Assembly (NCBI GenBank): GCA_963702475.1
Contig: CAVPCT010000005.1
Span: 128,001 to 192,000 of the forward strand
DNA: 64,000 nt
Direction: 5' to 3'
Source of the DNA: an uncultured Thermoleophilia bacterium
Lineage (GTDB): Bacteria > Actinomycetota > Thermoleophilia > UBA2241
Made by a program: the position numbers and the translations under genes. This document shows positions 20,198-31,628 of this stretch, piece by piece; positions within the stretch are counted from its first letter, which is position 1, and the number at the start of each line of letters is the position of its first letter. The notes below the pieces were generated by a model that worked only from the letters and a program-made list of their open reading frames with translations, was not told where the DNA came from and made no database searches.

Positions 20198-21883
20198 TCA
20201 CCTGCGCGGCTCGACAAGGGAGACGCCCGTCATCTCCGGCGGGTGCGCCACCCCGAGATACGAGAGCACCGTGGGCGCGAGGTCGCACAGGCGGCCGCCC
20301 TCGCGCACGCGCACTCCCTCGTCGGTGACGATGAACGGCACCGGGTTGGTGCTGTGCGCTGTGTTGGGACTGCCGTCGGCCTCGAGCATGTTGTCGGAGT
20401 TGCCGTGATCGGCGGTGATGAGGCACACGCCGCCGAGGCGGGTGACCGCATCGACCACCCGCCCGACACAGGTGTCGACGGCCTGCACGGCGGTCACCGC
20501 CGCCGCGATCACGCCGGTGTGCCCGACCATGTCGGCGTTGGCGTAGTTCACGACCGCGAAGTCGTACCGCGCGGAGTCCAGGGCGTCGACGAGCGCGTCG
20601 GTGACCTCGAACGCGCTCATCTCCGGCTTGTGGTCGTACGTGGGCACGTCGCGCGGGCTGGGGATGAGGATGCGCGTCTCCCCCTCCACCTCGCGCTCCA
20701 CACCGCCGTTGAAGAAGAACGTGACGTGCGCGTACTTCTCGGTCTCGGCGATGTGCAGCTGCCGCAGGCCGTGCTCGGCGAGCACATCGGCCAGGACGTG
20801 CCCGGGGTGCTCCGGTGGAAAGGCCACCGGCAGACCGAACTCCTGCTTGTACTGGGTCATGGTGACGAAGTCGACGGAGGGCGGGCGCGGGCCCCGATCG
20901 AACCCGTCGAAGCCGGGTTCGATGAAGGCCCGCGTCAGCTCCCGCGCCCTGTCCGGTCGGAAGTTGAAGAAGAGGCACACGTCGCCATCGGAGACCCGCG
21001 ACGGCAGCTCTGGGGCGACGACGGTGGGCCGCACGAACTCGTCGTCCTCGCCGCGGCGGTAGGCGGCGTCCACCGCCGCCTCCGCATCCGCGGCGAAGAA
21101 ACCCTTGCCGTAGACGAGCGCGTCCCAGGCGAGCTTGACGCGGTCCCAGCGCGTGTCGCGGTCCATGGCGTAGTACCGGCCGCACACCACGCCGTACCGC
21201 CCCACGCCGAGCGCGTCCATCCTCTCCTGTACGCGCGCCAGGTAGCCCCTGGCGCTTCGCGGGAGCGTGTCGCGGCCGTCCAGGAAAGCGTGTACGACCA
21301 CGGACCCCACGTTGCGCTGAGACGCGAGCTCCAGGCACGCCTCGAGGTGGCCCAGGTCGCTGTGCACGCCGCCGTCGGACACGAGGCCCATGAGGTGCAG
21401 GGTGCTCCCTCGCCCAGCTGCCTTGTCGAGCGCCTGCACGAGGACGCGGTTGCGGAAGAAATCCCCGTCCTCGACCGCCTTCGTGATGCGCGTGAGATCC
21501 TGGTAGACCACACGCCCTGCGCCGATGTTGAGGTGGCCGACCTCCGAGTTGCCCATCTGGCCCGGCGGCAGCCCCACCGCCGGGCCCGACGCGTCGAGCA
21601 CGCCGCTCGGGTACCGCTCCCGGAGCCCGTCCATCACGGGCGTCTCGGCCTCGCTGACGGCGTTGCCCGGGCCTGTGGGACCTGCGCCCCACCCGTCCAG
21701 CACCATGAGCACGACGGGACGCCGCACGCGGCCGTCCGGGGAGAGGGCCGGGTCGCCGGGGTCGTACGCGTGGGTCTGGGGACGGCCGCCGGGAGAGGAG
21801 GCCGGCGCGCCGGAGGCGGGACCGCCGGTCCCGCCTCCGGCAGGCGCGGCCGGAGTCACGCCCTCATCCGGCGTGCCCCTCAC
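20198..21883 (-). CDS. gpmI: 2,3-BPG-independent phosphoglycerate mutase
   Basis: [33 protein letters not shown]. Confidence 0.96.
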   Translation of the reverse strand: MRGTPDEGVTPAAPAGGGTGGPASGAPASSPGGRPQTHAYDPGDPALSPDGRVRRPVVLMVLDGWGAGPTGPGNAVSEAETPVMDGLRERYPSGVLDASGPAVGLPPGQMGNSEVGHLNIGAGRVVYQDLTRITKAVEDGDFFRNRVLVQALDKAAGRGSTLHLMGLVSDGGVHSDLGHLEACLELASQRNVGSVVVHAFLDGRDTLPRSARGYLARVQERMDALGVGRYGVVCGRYYAMDRDTRWDRVKLAWDALVYGKGFFAADAEAAVDAAYRRGEDDEFVRPTVVAPELPSRVSDGDVCLFFNFRPDRARELTRAFIEPGFDGFDRGPRPPSVDFVTMTQYKQEFGLPVAFPPEHPGHVLADVLAEHGLRQLHIAETEKYAHVTFFFNGGVEREVEGETRILIPSPRDVPTYDHKPEMSAFEVTDALVDALDSARYDFAVVNYANADMVGHTGVIAAAVTAVQAVDTCVGRVVDAVTRLGGVCLITADHGNSDNMLEADGSPNTAHSTNPVPFIVTDEGVRVREGGRLCDLAPTVLSYLGVAHPPEMTGVSLVEPRR

Positions 21884-23850
21884 CCCTTGGGCTCGAAGCG
21901 CACGATGCGCGCGAGTTCCGCCGGGTCGAGGCTCGCCCCGCCGACCAGCACGCCGTCTATGTCCGGCTGCGCCATGAGGTCGTCGATGTTGGCGGCCTTG
22001 ACGCTGCCGCCATACAGGATGCGCACGCCTCCGGCGGCGTCGCCGAAGCGCTCCGCCAGGCGGCGGCGGATGAAGCCGACGGTCTCCTGGGCCATCTCGG
22101 GCGTGGCGGTCCTACCGGTGCCGATGGCCCAGATGGGCTCGTAGGCCACGGCGACGCCGGCGATCTCGGTGACGCCGACCTCGGCGAGGTCGGCGTCGAG
22201 CTGGCCGCCGACCTTGCTCTCGGTCTGGCCGGCCTCACGCTCGTCGAGCGTCTCGCCGCAGCAGAGGACCGGCCGCAGGCCCGCGTCCAGGGCCGCCCGC
22301 ACCTTCTTGGAGAGGTCGGCGTCGTTCTCGGCGTAGTACTGCCGGCGCTCCGAGTGGCCGAGGATCACGTACTGCACACCCACCTCGGCCAGCATGGGAG
22401 GCGCGAGCTCGCCGGTGAAGGCGCCCTCGGCGGCGTAGTGCATGGTCTGAGCGCCGACCGCGATGGCGGTGTCGACCGTGTTGCCGAGCGCCACGTGGAC
22501 GCACAGGGCCGGCGGGCAGATGAGCACGTCGCGGTCGTCCACGCCGGCGACCAGCGGGCGGAACGCGGTGAAGAAGTCGCGCGTCTGCGCCGGCGTCTTG
22601 TACATCTTCCAGTTGCCGGCCATCAGCGGGCGGCGGGCCGGCGCCGCTGCGCCGCCGCCACCGCCCGGGCCGGCGTCCATGAGCGCGTCCACACCCGGCA
22701 AGGTGCGGCCCTCCAGGAACTCCATCGATGCACCTCCACCAGTGCTCACGTGGGTCAGACGACCATCGAGGCCAAAGGCACGCACGGCCGCGACGGTGTC
22801 GCCGCCACCGGCCACGGTGACGGCCGCGCTGGCCGCCACCGCCTCGCCGACGGCCCTGGTGCCGGCGGCGAACTCGGGGACCTCGAACAGGCCCATGGGG
22901 CCGTTCCAGTAGATCGTGCCGGCGCCGCGTAGTCGCCGGGCGAACTCGTCGACCGTCTTCGGCCCGATGTCGAGCGCCATGTCGTCGGCGCCCACCTCGT
23001 CGGTCGCCACGATGCGCGACGGCACACCGGCGGCCGCCTCGGGGGCGACGACGAGGTCGACCGGCAGGACCAGAGCGCACTGCGAGGCCGCCGCGGCGGC
23101 GAGCACCTCGGCGGCCTGCGTTGCCTCGTCGGCGTCGGCGCCTTTGGAGGTGCCGACGCTGCGGCCCTGGGCGGCGAGAAAGGCGTTGGCCATGGCGCCG
23201 CCGATCAGGATGCTGTCGGCGATCTCGAGCATCCTGCGGATGACGCTGATCTTGTCCGAGACCTTGAGCCCGCCCAGCACCACCACGAACGGACGTGCGG
23301 GGTCACGCAGCAGACGCCCGAGGATCTGCAGCTCGCGGGTCATGAGCAGCCCGGCCACCGACGGCAGGTAGTGCGTGACGCCCTCGGTGGACGCGTGCGC
23401 CCGGTGGGCCGTGCCGAAGGCGTCGTTGACGTACACCTGTGCGAGGCCGGCGAGACGCTGCGCGAACACGGCGTCGTCGCCCGTCTCCTCCGCGTGGAAG
23501 CGCAGGTTCTCCAGGAGCAGCACCTCGCCCGGCTTGAGTGCGGCGGCGGCCTGCTCGGCCCTCGGGCCGACGCAGTCGTCCACGGTGGCGACCGGCCGGC
23601 CCAGCAGCTCCGCGAGCCGCTCGGCCACCGGCTTCATGCGAAGCTCCTCCACGACCTGGCCCTTGGGGCGGCCCAGGTGCGAGGCGAGCACGAGCGAGCA
23701 GCCCTGGTCCAGAAGCTCCTGGATGGTGGGCAGGGCGGCACGGATGCGCGTGTCGTCGGCCACGTGCCCATCCTTGAGGGGCACGTTGAAGTCGACGCGG
23801 ACCAGCACGCGCTTGCCGGCCAGCGGGTAGTCGCTCAGCGAACGCTTCAT
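21880..23850 (-). CDS. pgk-tpiA: Fused phosphoglycerate kinase / triosephosphate isomerase
   Basis: PGK (RVDFNVP, SHLGRP, STGGGAS), Gly-rich linker, then TIM ([28 protein letters not shown]) in one ORF. Confidence 0.95.
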   Translation of the reverse strand: MKRSLSDYPLAGKRVLVRVDFNVPLKDGHVADDTRIRAALPTIQELLDQGCSLVLASHLGRPKGQVVEELRMKPVAERLAELLGRPVATVDDCVGPRAEQAAAALKPGEVLLLENLRFHAEETGDDAVFAQRLAGLAQVYVNDAFGTAHRAHASTEGVTHYLPSVAGLLMTRELQILGRLLRDPARPFVVVLGGLKVSDKISVIRRMLEIADSILIGGAMANAFLAAQGRSVGTSKGADADEATQAAEVLAAAAASQCALVLPVDLVVAPEAAAGVPSRIVATDEVGADDMALDIGPKTVDEFARRLRGAGTIYWNGPMGLFEVPEFAAGTRAVGEAVAASAAVTVAGGGDTVAAVRAFGLDGRLTHVSTGGGASMEFLEGRTLPGVDALMDAGPGGGGGAAAPARRPLMAGNWKMYKTPAQTRDFFTAFRPLVAGVDDRDVLICPPALCVHVALGNTVDTAIAVGAQTMHYAAEGAFTGELAPPMLAEVGVQYVILGHSERRQYYAENDADLSKKVRAALDAGLRPVLCCGETLDEREAGQTESKVGGQLDADLAEVGVTEIAGVAVAYEPIWAIGTGRTATPEMAQETVGFIRRRLAERFGDAAGGVRILYGGSVKAANIDDLMAQPDIDGVLVGGASLDPAELARIVRFEPKG

Positions 23851-23872
23851 GGCGTCTCCCCCGCGCGCCGGC

Positions 23873-24907
<1,035 letters not shown>

Positions 24908-25019
24908 CTATCAGAGGGGTGTCCGGCAACCGGACTCGCCGTTCAGCCCGCCACGTGCGGGGTCACTGCAGACCTCGGCTTGCTCTTCATGCCATCGTCG
25001 ACTCCCCGGCCGGCGCGCC

Positions 25020-28000
25020 TCAGCGAGGGTCTGCCAGCGCCGGCTGTGCCACGGTGGGGATACGCCCCAGGAAGATGTTCCCGGTACGGCCGTCGATGGA
25101 CAGCCAGTCGCCGGTGTGCAGCTCGTTGCCGGCGAGCCGCACCGTGCCCGAGGACTCGAGCACCTCCAGGTCGAGACACTCGACCACCGCCGTCTTGCCC
25201 AGGCGCTTGGCCGTGACGGCGGCGTGTGACGTGGTGCCGCCGCGCGCCGTGAGGATCCCGCTCACGCGGGCGATCATGGCGATGTCCTCGGGTACCGTGT
25301 CCGGACGCAGGAGCACGATGTTGGCGCTCGGGTCCTCCGACAGCAGCCGGTCGATCTGCTCGGCGTTGAGGGCCGCGCGCCCGGAGTAGGCGCCGCCCGC
25401 CACGCCCATGCCCACCGCCACCGGCGGGCCGTAGTTGGGCGAGGTGGTATCGAAGAACGGCGCGTCCTTGGTCTGCTCCTGGACCACGGCGCGCTTCTGC
25501 AGCACGTAAAGGTCCTCGCCGGCCGGCGACTCGAAGGTGAACTCGATCTCCTGCGGGTCGAACTCGCGCTGCCCGACGAGGTCGCGGGCCACGGCCAGCA
25601 GCTGGGCGTAGACCTCAGGATAGTCGCGCTCCAGCGAGCGCTCCACGCCGCGATAGGTGCGACTGCCCAGCCGCTGCGCCTCGGAGATGGGCAGCGGGAA
25701 CACGAGCCCTCCCACGAGGTCCTCCCCCTGGCAGCTGACCGCGAAGTCGCCGAACAGGCGTACCTGCCGGCTGTACGGTTCCAGGGGGTTGTTGGTGAAC
25801 GTGACGCCGGACCCGGATTCGCGGCTGAGGTTGCCGAACACCATGCGCTGCACCACGACGGCCGTGCCCCACTCCTCGGCCACGCCGATGTACTGGCGGT
25901 AGAGCCGTGCGTGTGACGAGTCCCACGACGCCAGCACCCTGAAGATGCACGAGACGACCTGCGCGAAGGGGTCGTCGACGAAGACGACGCCGGCCTCGCG
26001 AGCCCTCTCCTTGTAGGCGAAGGCGATCTCGCGCATCTGCGCGGGCGAGAAATCCAGCTTCTGGGCGACGCCGTAGCGCCGCTTGAACTCGATCATGATG
26101 TCGTCGAACACGTCGCGGTCGATGCCGTCGGCCATGGCCCACGACTGCAGGAAGCGACGGTAGCTGTCCCACGTGACCCAAGCGCGGCCCGGCTGCTGCG
26201 CCAGCCGCTCCGCGAGCTCGTCGTTGAGGCCGACGTTGACGAAGGTGGTCATGAGCCCCGGCATGGAGATGGCGGCGCCGGAGCGGATGGAGAGCAGCAG
26301 CATCCGCGACGGATCGCCGAGCCGCAGTCGGGTCTTCCGCTCCAGGCTCGACAGGGCCTTCTGGACGCGCTGGATGGTGTCGTCGTAGAGCGGCTGGTAC
26401 GACATGGCCGGCAGCGCCCCGAACAGCTCGATGGTGAGCACGAAGCCCTCGGGAACGCGGTGTCCGTAGGCCGCCATCTGCTTCAGGCCGAAGCCCTTGA
26501 ACCCGAGCGTCATCTGGTCGTCGGTGGACGGCTGCGGCTTGTGCAGTGGCGACACCAGGCGCTCGGGGTCGTAGTTCATCATGCGTGTGAGCGCCTGACT
26601 GCCCAGCCGGCCGTTGAGGAGCGAGATGCGGCGCAGGGCGGCCGCGACGAAGCGGTCGAGGTCCTGCATGCCGAGCGCCGAGACCAGGACGTCCCGCAGC
26701 ACCATCTCTGCGGCCGCGTCGACCGAGAGGCCGCGCGCCTCGCACTGACGGGGATCATGGGTGAGCGTGGTGTGCAACACCTGCTCATGACTGAGGACTG
26801 ACGTAGTGGACAGCTCCGTCACGCTGTTGGCCAGGAACTGGAACACGTTCTGGTACTGGCGGAAGGTGAAGTTGTGACTGCTGAAGCTCGTCTCGAGCAT
26901 CGTGAGGTTGGCGCTGAGGGCACGCGAGTCGGCGCCGTCGGCGGCCAGCGCGCGCTCCATGCGGCGGAGGGCCGCCGCCATCCTGCGCAGCGAGTCCCTG
27001 GTGACGTACGGCTCGATACCCTCGGCCGCAAGGTCGTCGAGCAGGCGGCCGACGAGGCTCTCGACCCGGAACGACAGCCCGAGCGCGTCGAACTTGGGCT
27101 CCGTGTAGGTGCCGTAGATGGACGGGATGCCGGCCGCGATGTGGCGCTTCTGGTAGATGTTCTCCTGCGCCGCCGACGGCCCCGGCGCGAGGATGATGTC
27201 CTTGAGGTGCTCGAGTACGGCCAGCGCCGCGTCGAGCAGGCGGTCGCGGGTGCGCGGCGCCGGGCGCGCCTGCCACGCCGAGAGGGCGCGCCCGAACGCC
27301 TGACGCACACCGGGGCTCAGCTGCAGGTGGTGACTCACCGCCGCTCCCACGTCCTCGGCGGTGAGCGAGTACTTGTGGGCCAGCAGCTGGTGCGTGCGTA
27401 CGAGCAGGGCGACGCGCCGCCAGGAGACGTCGCACGACTGCCCTTCGAGGGCCTGGCCTGCGCCGGACGGCTCGCCGGCCACGGCGTCGCAGTCGAGCGC
27501 CGCCGTGAGTCGCGCCTCGAGCGCCGCCGGGGGCAGGGCCAGGAGCTCGTCGAGGAAGGCTGTCGCGGCGTGCGCGGCGCGTTCGCCCGGGGCCTCGCCG
27601 CACAGGGCCAGCAGCACGCGGTGAGGCCCCTCGGCCCACTCCCGCTCTTTCCGCACCGCGAGCATGGTGTTCTCGGACAGGTACGGGGCGAGCACCGAGG
27701 CGTCGAGGGTCAGCCAGTACTCCATGACCGCGCGGCTGACCGCCACGAGGCGGTTGGACGACTCGGCATGCACCTGCTTGCGCAAGAAGTGCATGAGCGT
27801 GTCGCGGCGGCCGCAGAGCTCGTCGATCTGCGTGGAGACCGAGCGCAGCTCCCCCTCGGCGCCGACCTCGGCGAAATACACGGGGAAGGTGCGCAGCAGC
27901 TGTTTGGCGACGAAGTAGATGGGCCGGATGTCGGCGTTGAGGAAGCGCGTGACGTCGCGTTGGAAGAGGTCGGTGTCGGCGATGTACACCCCGCCCAGCC

Positions 28001-29258
28001 GCAGCTGGACGTTGAGGGCGGCGGCCAGCCGCTCGAACAGCGCCGGGTTAGACTCGATGATGTGCATCCAGCAGCGGATCTTGGGCAGGTGGTACGGGTT
28101 GACCACCGTCTCCCACTCCTCGGTGGTGCCGCTCACGTCCGGGTACTGGAAGTTCCAGTAGAGGATGTCCTCGATGAGGTGGTCGGCCGCTCTGACGTTG
28201 CCGGCCTCGCCGATGGCCACGCCGATGGCCTCGTAACACTGGAACCGCATGAGCAGGAACTCGTTGTCGCGGTTCTTGAAGAAGGCCGTGAGCCACGTGA
28301 GGATGCGCTCGGCGTCCATGTGCCTGTCGGGCTTCATGAGCTGCTTGACGACGCCCAGAAGGTCGGCCATCACGTCGCGCTGCCGGTAGCCGAGGGTCTC
28401 GTCCTTCAGGAAGAAGAGGCAGACGGCGAAGCGGTCCTCGAGGTTCTGCACGAGGAAGAGCTGGTGGATGGCCTCGTCCAGCAGCTCCGAGAGGAGAGGG
28501 AAGCGCGGCGACAGCAGGTCTTCGGGCCGCGCCTCACGCGCCTCGGCCGCCAGGCGACTCGTGCGACGCCCGCCGAGAAAGTCGAAGCAGCCGACCACGG
28601 CGCCCGAGTCGGTGAGCCCGTCCTGCACCTCGAGGCCCCGGGCCCAGCCCGGGACGTCGAGGTGCCTGCCGACCTCGGCATACGCCGCGGCGAGCAGCTC
28701 GCGGAGCAGCCCGAGATAGGCGGTGGCGAGACGCGGCCGGGCCGCCGCCGTTTCGACGAGGTTGCGCACGAGCGCGTCGCGCTCGAGGAACCCCGGCGTA
28801 TGCGCCGGCAGCAGGCGGAGAAGCGCCTCGCCCACCCGGCCCAGCGCCGCGTCGTAGTCGGCCGGGAAGGGGCCCTGGAGCGCCGCGGTACACCACGAGA
28901 GCAGCGTCCTCAGCAGCAGCGAGAACTGGTCACGCGTGAGCGGGGACTCGAGGAGGTCCACGAGCAGTTCGGCGAAGAGGCCGAACAGGCGCGCGCGCTG
29001 CTCCGAGCGCTCGAAGTACGGCCAGTTGCGCAGCAGCGCCGTCTGGAAGCCGTCGACCAGATGATCGGCGCTGCGGAAGGTGTGGAAGTACTCGCCCAAG
29101 GTGTCGGCCAGCGACGAGCGCACCCCGTGCAGTCCCTCGACCGCCTCGAGCAGCGGCGCGTACCTGTCAGGGATGACGACCTCCTGCGCCGTGGAGGCCA
29201 CGTTGGCCCTCCAGGCGTCGGAGTCGACGGGTAGCGATGGGGTCCGAAGGATCGGCAC
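25020..29258 (-). CDS. PPDK-family dikinase-like protein: large unknown N-terminal region, ATP-grasp domain and phospho-His domain, no pyruvate-binding barrel
   Basis: LGFKG..VPEGF, SIRSGAAISMPG, QRMVFGN, GEDLVGG, EIEFT, GGTTSHAAV; ORF ends after IDGRTGNIFLG. Confidence 0.85.
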   Translation of the reverse strand: MPILRTPSLPVDSDAWRANVASTAQEVVIPDRYAPLLEAVEGLHGVRSSLADTLGEYFHTFRSADHLVDGFQTALLRNWPYFERSEQRARLFGLFAELLVDLLESPLTRDQFSLLLRTLLSWCTAALQGPFPADYDAALGRVGEALLRLLPAHTPGFLERDALVRNLVETAAARPRLATAYLGLLRELLAAAYAEVGRHLDVPGWARGLEVQDGLTDSGAVVGCFDFLGGRRTSRLAAEAREARPEDLLSPRFPLLSELLDEAIHQLFLVQNLEDRFAVCLFFLKDETLGYRQRDVMADLLGVVKQLMKPDRHMDAERILTWLTAFFKNRDNEFLLMRFQCYEAIGVAIGEAGNVRAADHLIEDILYWNFQYPDVSGTTEEWETVVNPYHLPKIRCWMHIIESNPALFERLAAALNVQLRLGGVYIADTDLFQRDVTRFLNADIRPIYFVAKQLLRTFPVYFAEVGAEGELRSVSTQIDELCGRRDTLMHFLRKQVHAESSNRLVAVSRAVMEYWLTLDASVLAPYLSENTMLAVRKEREWAEGPHRVLLALCGEAPGERAAHAATAFLDELLALPPAALEARLTAALDCDAVAGEPSGAGQALEGQSCDVSWRRVALLVRTHQLLAHKYSLTAEDVGAAVSHHLQLSPGVRQAFGRALSAWQARPAPRTRDRLLDAALAVLEHLKDIILAPGPSAAQENIYQKRHIAAGIPSIYGTYTEPKFDALGLSFRVESLVGRLLDDLAAEGIEPYVTRDSLRRMAAALRRMERALAADGADSRALSANLTMLETSFSSHNFTFRQYQNVFQFLANSVTELSTTSVLSHEQVLHTTLTHDPRQCEARGLSVDAAAEMVLRDVLVSALGMQDLDRFVAAALRRISLLNGRLGSQALTRMMNYDPERLVSPLHKPQPSTDDQMTLGFKGFGLKQMAAYGHRVPEGFVLTIELFGALPAMSYQPLYDDTIQRVQKALSSLERKTRLRLGDPSRMLLLSIRSGAAISMPGLMTTFVNVGLNDELAERLAQQPGRAWVTWDSYRRFLQSWAMADGIDRDVFDDIMIEFKRRYGVAQKLDFSPAQMREIAFAYKERAREAGVVFVDDPFAQVVSCIFRVLASWDSSHARLYRQYIGVAEEWGTAVVVQRMVFGNLSRESGSGVTFTNNPLEPYSRQVRLFGDFAVSCQGEDLVGGLVFPLPISEAQRLGSRTYRGVERSLERDYPEVYAQLLAVARDLVGQREFDPQEIEFTFESPAGEDLYVLQKRAVVQEQTKDAPFFDTTSPNYGPPVAVGMGVAGGAYSGRAALNAEQIDRLLSEDPSANIVLLRPDTVPEDIAMIARVSGILTARGGTTSHAAVTAKRLGKTAVVECLDLEVLESSGTVRLAGNELHTGDWLSIDGRTGNIFLGRIPTVAQPALADPR

Positions 29259-29359
29259 GATGGGTCAATGATACCGCGCCCGGGAGGGGCCGGGCCTTGC
29301 GCTAGAATGGCGGGCATCGGGCACACGAGCCCGCAGGACGTGCAGGAGGGCCGCGATCC

Positions 29360-30595
29360 ATGACAGGGCAACGCACGCTGGGCATCAACGGGCTGGGGCG
29401 CATCGGCAAACTCACGCTCTGGCACCATCTGGGGCGCGACGACTTCGACCGCTTCGTCGTCAACACCGGGCGGCCGGTGGGCACCTCACTGGACGCCGTG
29501 GTCCAGTACATCTCCAAGGACACCACCTACGGACCCCTGCACCGCTTTCTCTTCGGACGCTCCGGCACGCGCGACGCGAGCGTGGTGGACGAGGGCAGGG
29601 GCCTCATCTCCGCCTACGGCAAGGAGATCCTGGTGCTGCGCGAGGCCCGCGACCCCCGCGACATACCGTGGCGCGAGCACGGCGTGGCCATCGTCGTCGA
29701 GTGCACAGGCAAGTTCCGCGACCCCTACGCCGAGGCCGACGCGCCCAGGGGTTCGCTCCGCGGCCACCTTGCGGCCGGCGCCTCTGTCGTGGTGCAGAGC
29801 TCGCCGTTCAAGAGCGGGCGCAAAGGCGTGCCGTTTCCCGACGACACCGCCATGTTCATCCACGGCATCAACGACTATGAGTTCGACCCGGCGGTGCACA
29901 ACGTGATCTCCGGCGCCTCGTGCACGACCACTGCTCTGGCACACATGATGCGGCCCCTGCTCGACCGCGACCTCACCAAGGACATGATCACCGCAGGCAT
30001 GAGCACCGTGCACGCCGTCACCAACTCCCAGCCTGTGCTGGACGCGGTGCCGGGCGCCGGCGCCAAGGACCTGCGCAAGAGCCGTGGGGCGCTGGGCAAT
30101 GTGGTCATCACCTCCACCAACGCCGCCGCCGCCCTCGAGTACGTCATGCCGGAGATAGCGCGCATCGGCTTCATGGCCGATTCCGTGCGCATCCCCACCT
30201 CCAGCGTGAGCCTGATCATCCTCAACGTCACTTTCCAGAGCGAGGCGCGCACCGACGGCACCGTGTCGGTGGAGCGCGAGGCCATCAATGCCATCTACCG
30301 CGAGGCCGCGGAGGACGAGGCCAAGGGACTGCTCAAGTTCAGCGAGGAGCAGAACGTCTCGGCCGACATGCTCGGCGAAGACGCCGCCGTGGTCATCGAG
30401 GGCGTCGAGACGCACACGCGCACCGGGTTCATGAACCTGCGGCTGCCGTGCGAGCTTCCCGACGGGCGCACCGAGAACGAGAACGTGCGCGTCCCGCTCA
30501 CGCACGTGAAGATCTTCGGCTGGTACGACAACGAGATGGGCAGCTACACCTACCGTCTGGGCGAGCTCACCTCGCACGTGGCGCGCGCGATGTGA
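29360..30595 (+). CDS. Divergent GAPDH-family dehydrogenase
   Basis: GINGLGRIGK, SGASCTTT, TVHAVT, WYDNEMG; about 80 aa longer than gap. Confidence 0.88.
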   Translation: MTGQRTLGINGLGRIGKLTLWHHLGRDDFDRFVVNTGRPVGTSLDAVVQYISKDTTYGPLHRFLFGRSGTRDASVVDEGRGLISAYGKEILVLREARDPRDIPWREHGVAIVVECTGKFRDPYAEADAPRGSLRGHLAAGASVVVQSSPFKSGRKGVPFPDDTAMFIHGINDYEFDPAVHNVISGASCTTTALAHMMRPLLDRDLTKDMITAGMSTVHAVTNSQPVLDAVPGAGAKDLRKSRGALGNVVITSTNAAAALEYVMPEIARIGFMADSVRIPTSSVSLIILNVTFQSEARTDGTVSVEREAINAIYREAAEDEAKGLLKFSEEQNVSADMLGEDAAVVIEGVETHTRTGFMNLRLPCELPDGRTENENVRVPLTHVKIFGWYDNEMGSYTYRLGELTSHVARAM

Positions 30596-30695
30596 CGTCG
30601 CAGCGGCCGGGTCGCTGCCGGCGCAGTGAGGACTCACGCGGGCGCGTCCCTCGCCGGCGCCAAGAGGCGCCCGGGCCCGCTCCGTCGGCGTTTCG

Positions 30696-31628
30696 TCAGC
30701 CCGGCTCGTGCCCGGCCAGCGCCAGCAGGCGCCGCAGGCGGTGGTTCATCGCCGATTTGCTGAGCGGCGGCCGGGCGCGCCCGGCCAGTTCCTGGAGGCT
30801 CAAGTACGGATAGCGCAGACGCAGCTCGGCGACCTCGCGCAGCGAGGCCGGAAGCGAGTGCCACTCGTGCGAAGCCATGAGGCGGCGGGCGGCGGCGGCC
30901 TGCCGCTCGGCCGCCGCCGCCGCCCGCCGCGCGTTGGCCTCGTCGCAGTTGGCCTGCCGGTTGGCGCTCTCGCGCACGCTGCCCAGCACGGCGTGCTCCT
31001 CCCAGCGCAGGCAGGCCTCGTGCGCGCCGAGCACGGCCAGCAGGTCCGCGGCCGTCTGCGAGCGCTTGCTGTAGCACGCCACGTTGCGGTCGCGGTCGGT
31101 GACCTTGAACGCCAGGTCCAGCCGCGCGAGCAGGCGCTGGACCTGCTCCGCCAGGGCGAAGCTCTCCACGGTGAACTCCACGTGCACAGGCGCCCCCGGC
31201 GCCGAGATGGAGCCGCAGCCCAGGAAGAGCCCTCGAAGGAACGACGTCAGGCAGCAGCGGCGCTCGACGAGGCGGCGCGGGACCGTGAGCTGCACGCGCA
31301 GGTCGTCGGAGAGCACGCCGAGCTCGTTGAGCAGCTGCAGGTCGCGGGCCTCGTCGCCGAGCACGACCTCGTAACGCAGGCCCACCGGGGCGGAGTCCAC
31401 AGTGCGCAGCTCCGCCACGACGCCGAAGCGCTTGAGCAGGCCCAGCACGTGGCGGGCCGTGGCCGGCAGCGCCAGTGAGATACGCACGGTGTACCGCCCG
31501 CCGGGGCCGATGCCGAAGGTGCCGGTCCCGAACAGGATGCCGGAGAGCTGCGCCCGCCGGCAGTGCTCCGCCTCCGGCACGACCTTGCCCAACTCCAGCT
31601 TGACCTCGCGCGTGAAGCCCACCGTCAC
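30696..31628 (-). CDS. whiA: DNA-binding protein WhiA
   Basis: FLRGLFLGCGSIS, NRQANCDEAN, SLQELA, SKSAMNHRLRRL. Confidence 0.92.
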   Translation of the reverse strand: MTVGFTREVKLELGKVVPEAEHCRRAQLSGILFGTGTFGIGPGGRYTVRISLALPATARHVLGLLKRFGVVAELRTVDSAPVGLRYEVVLGDEARDLQLLNELGVLSDDLRVQLTVPRRLVERRCCLTSFLRGLFLGCGSISAPGAPVHVEFTVESFALAEQVQRLLARLDLAFKVTDRDRNVACYSKRSQTAADLLAVLGAHEACLRWEEHAVLGSVRESANRQANCDEANARRAAAAAERQAAAARRLMASHEWHSLPASLREVAELRLRYPYLSLQELAGRARPPLSKSAMNHRLRRLLALAGHEPG

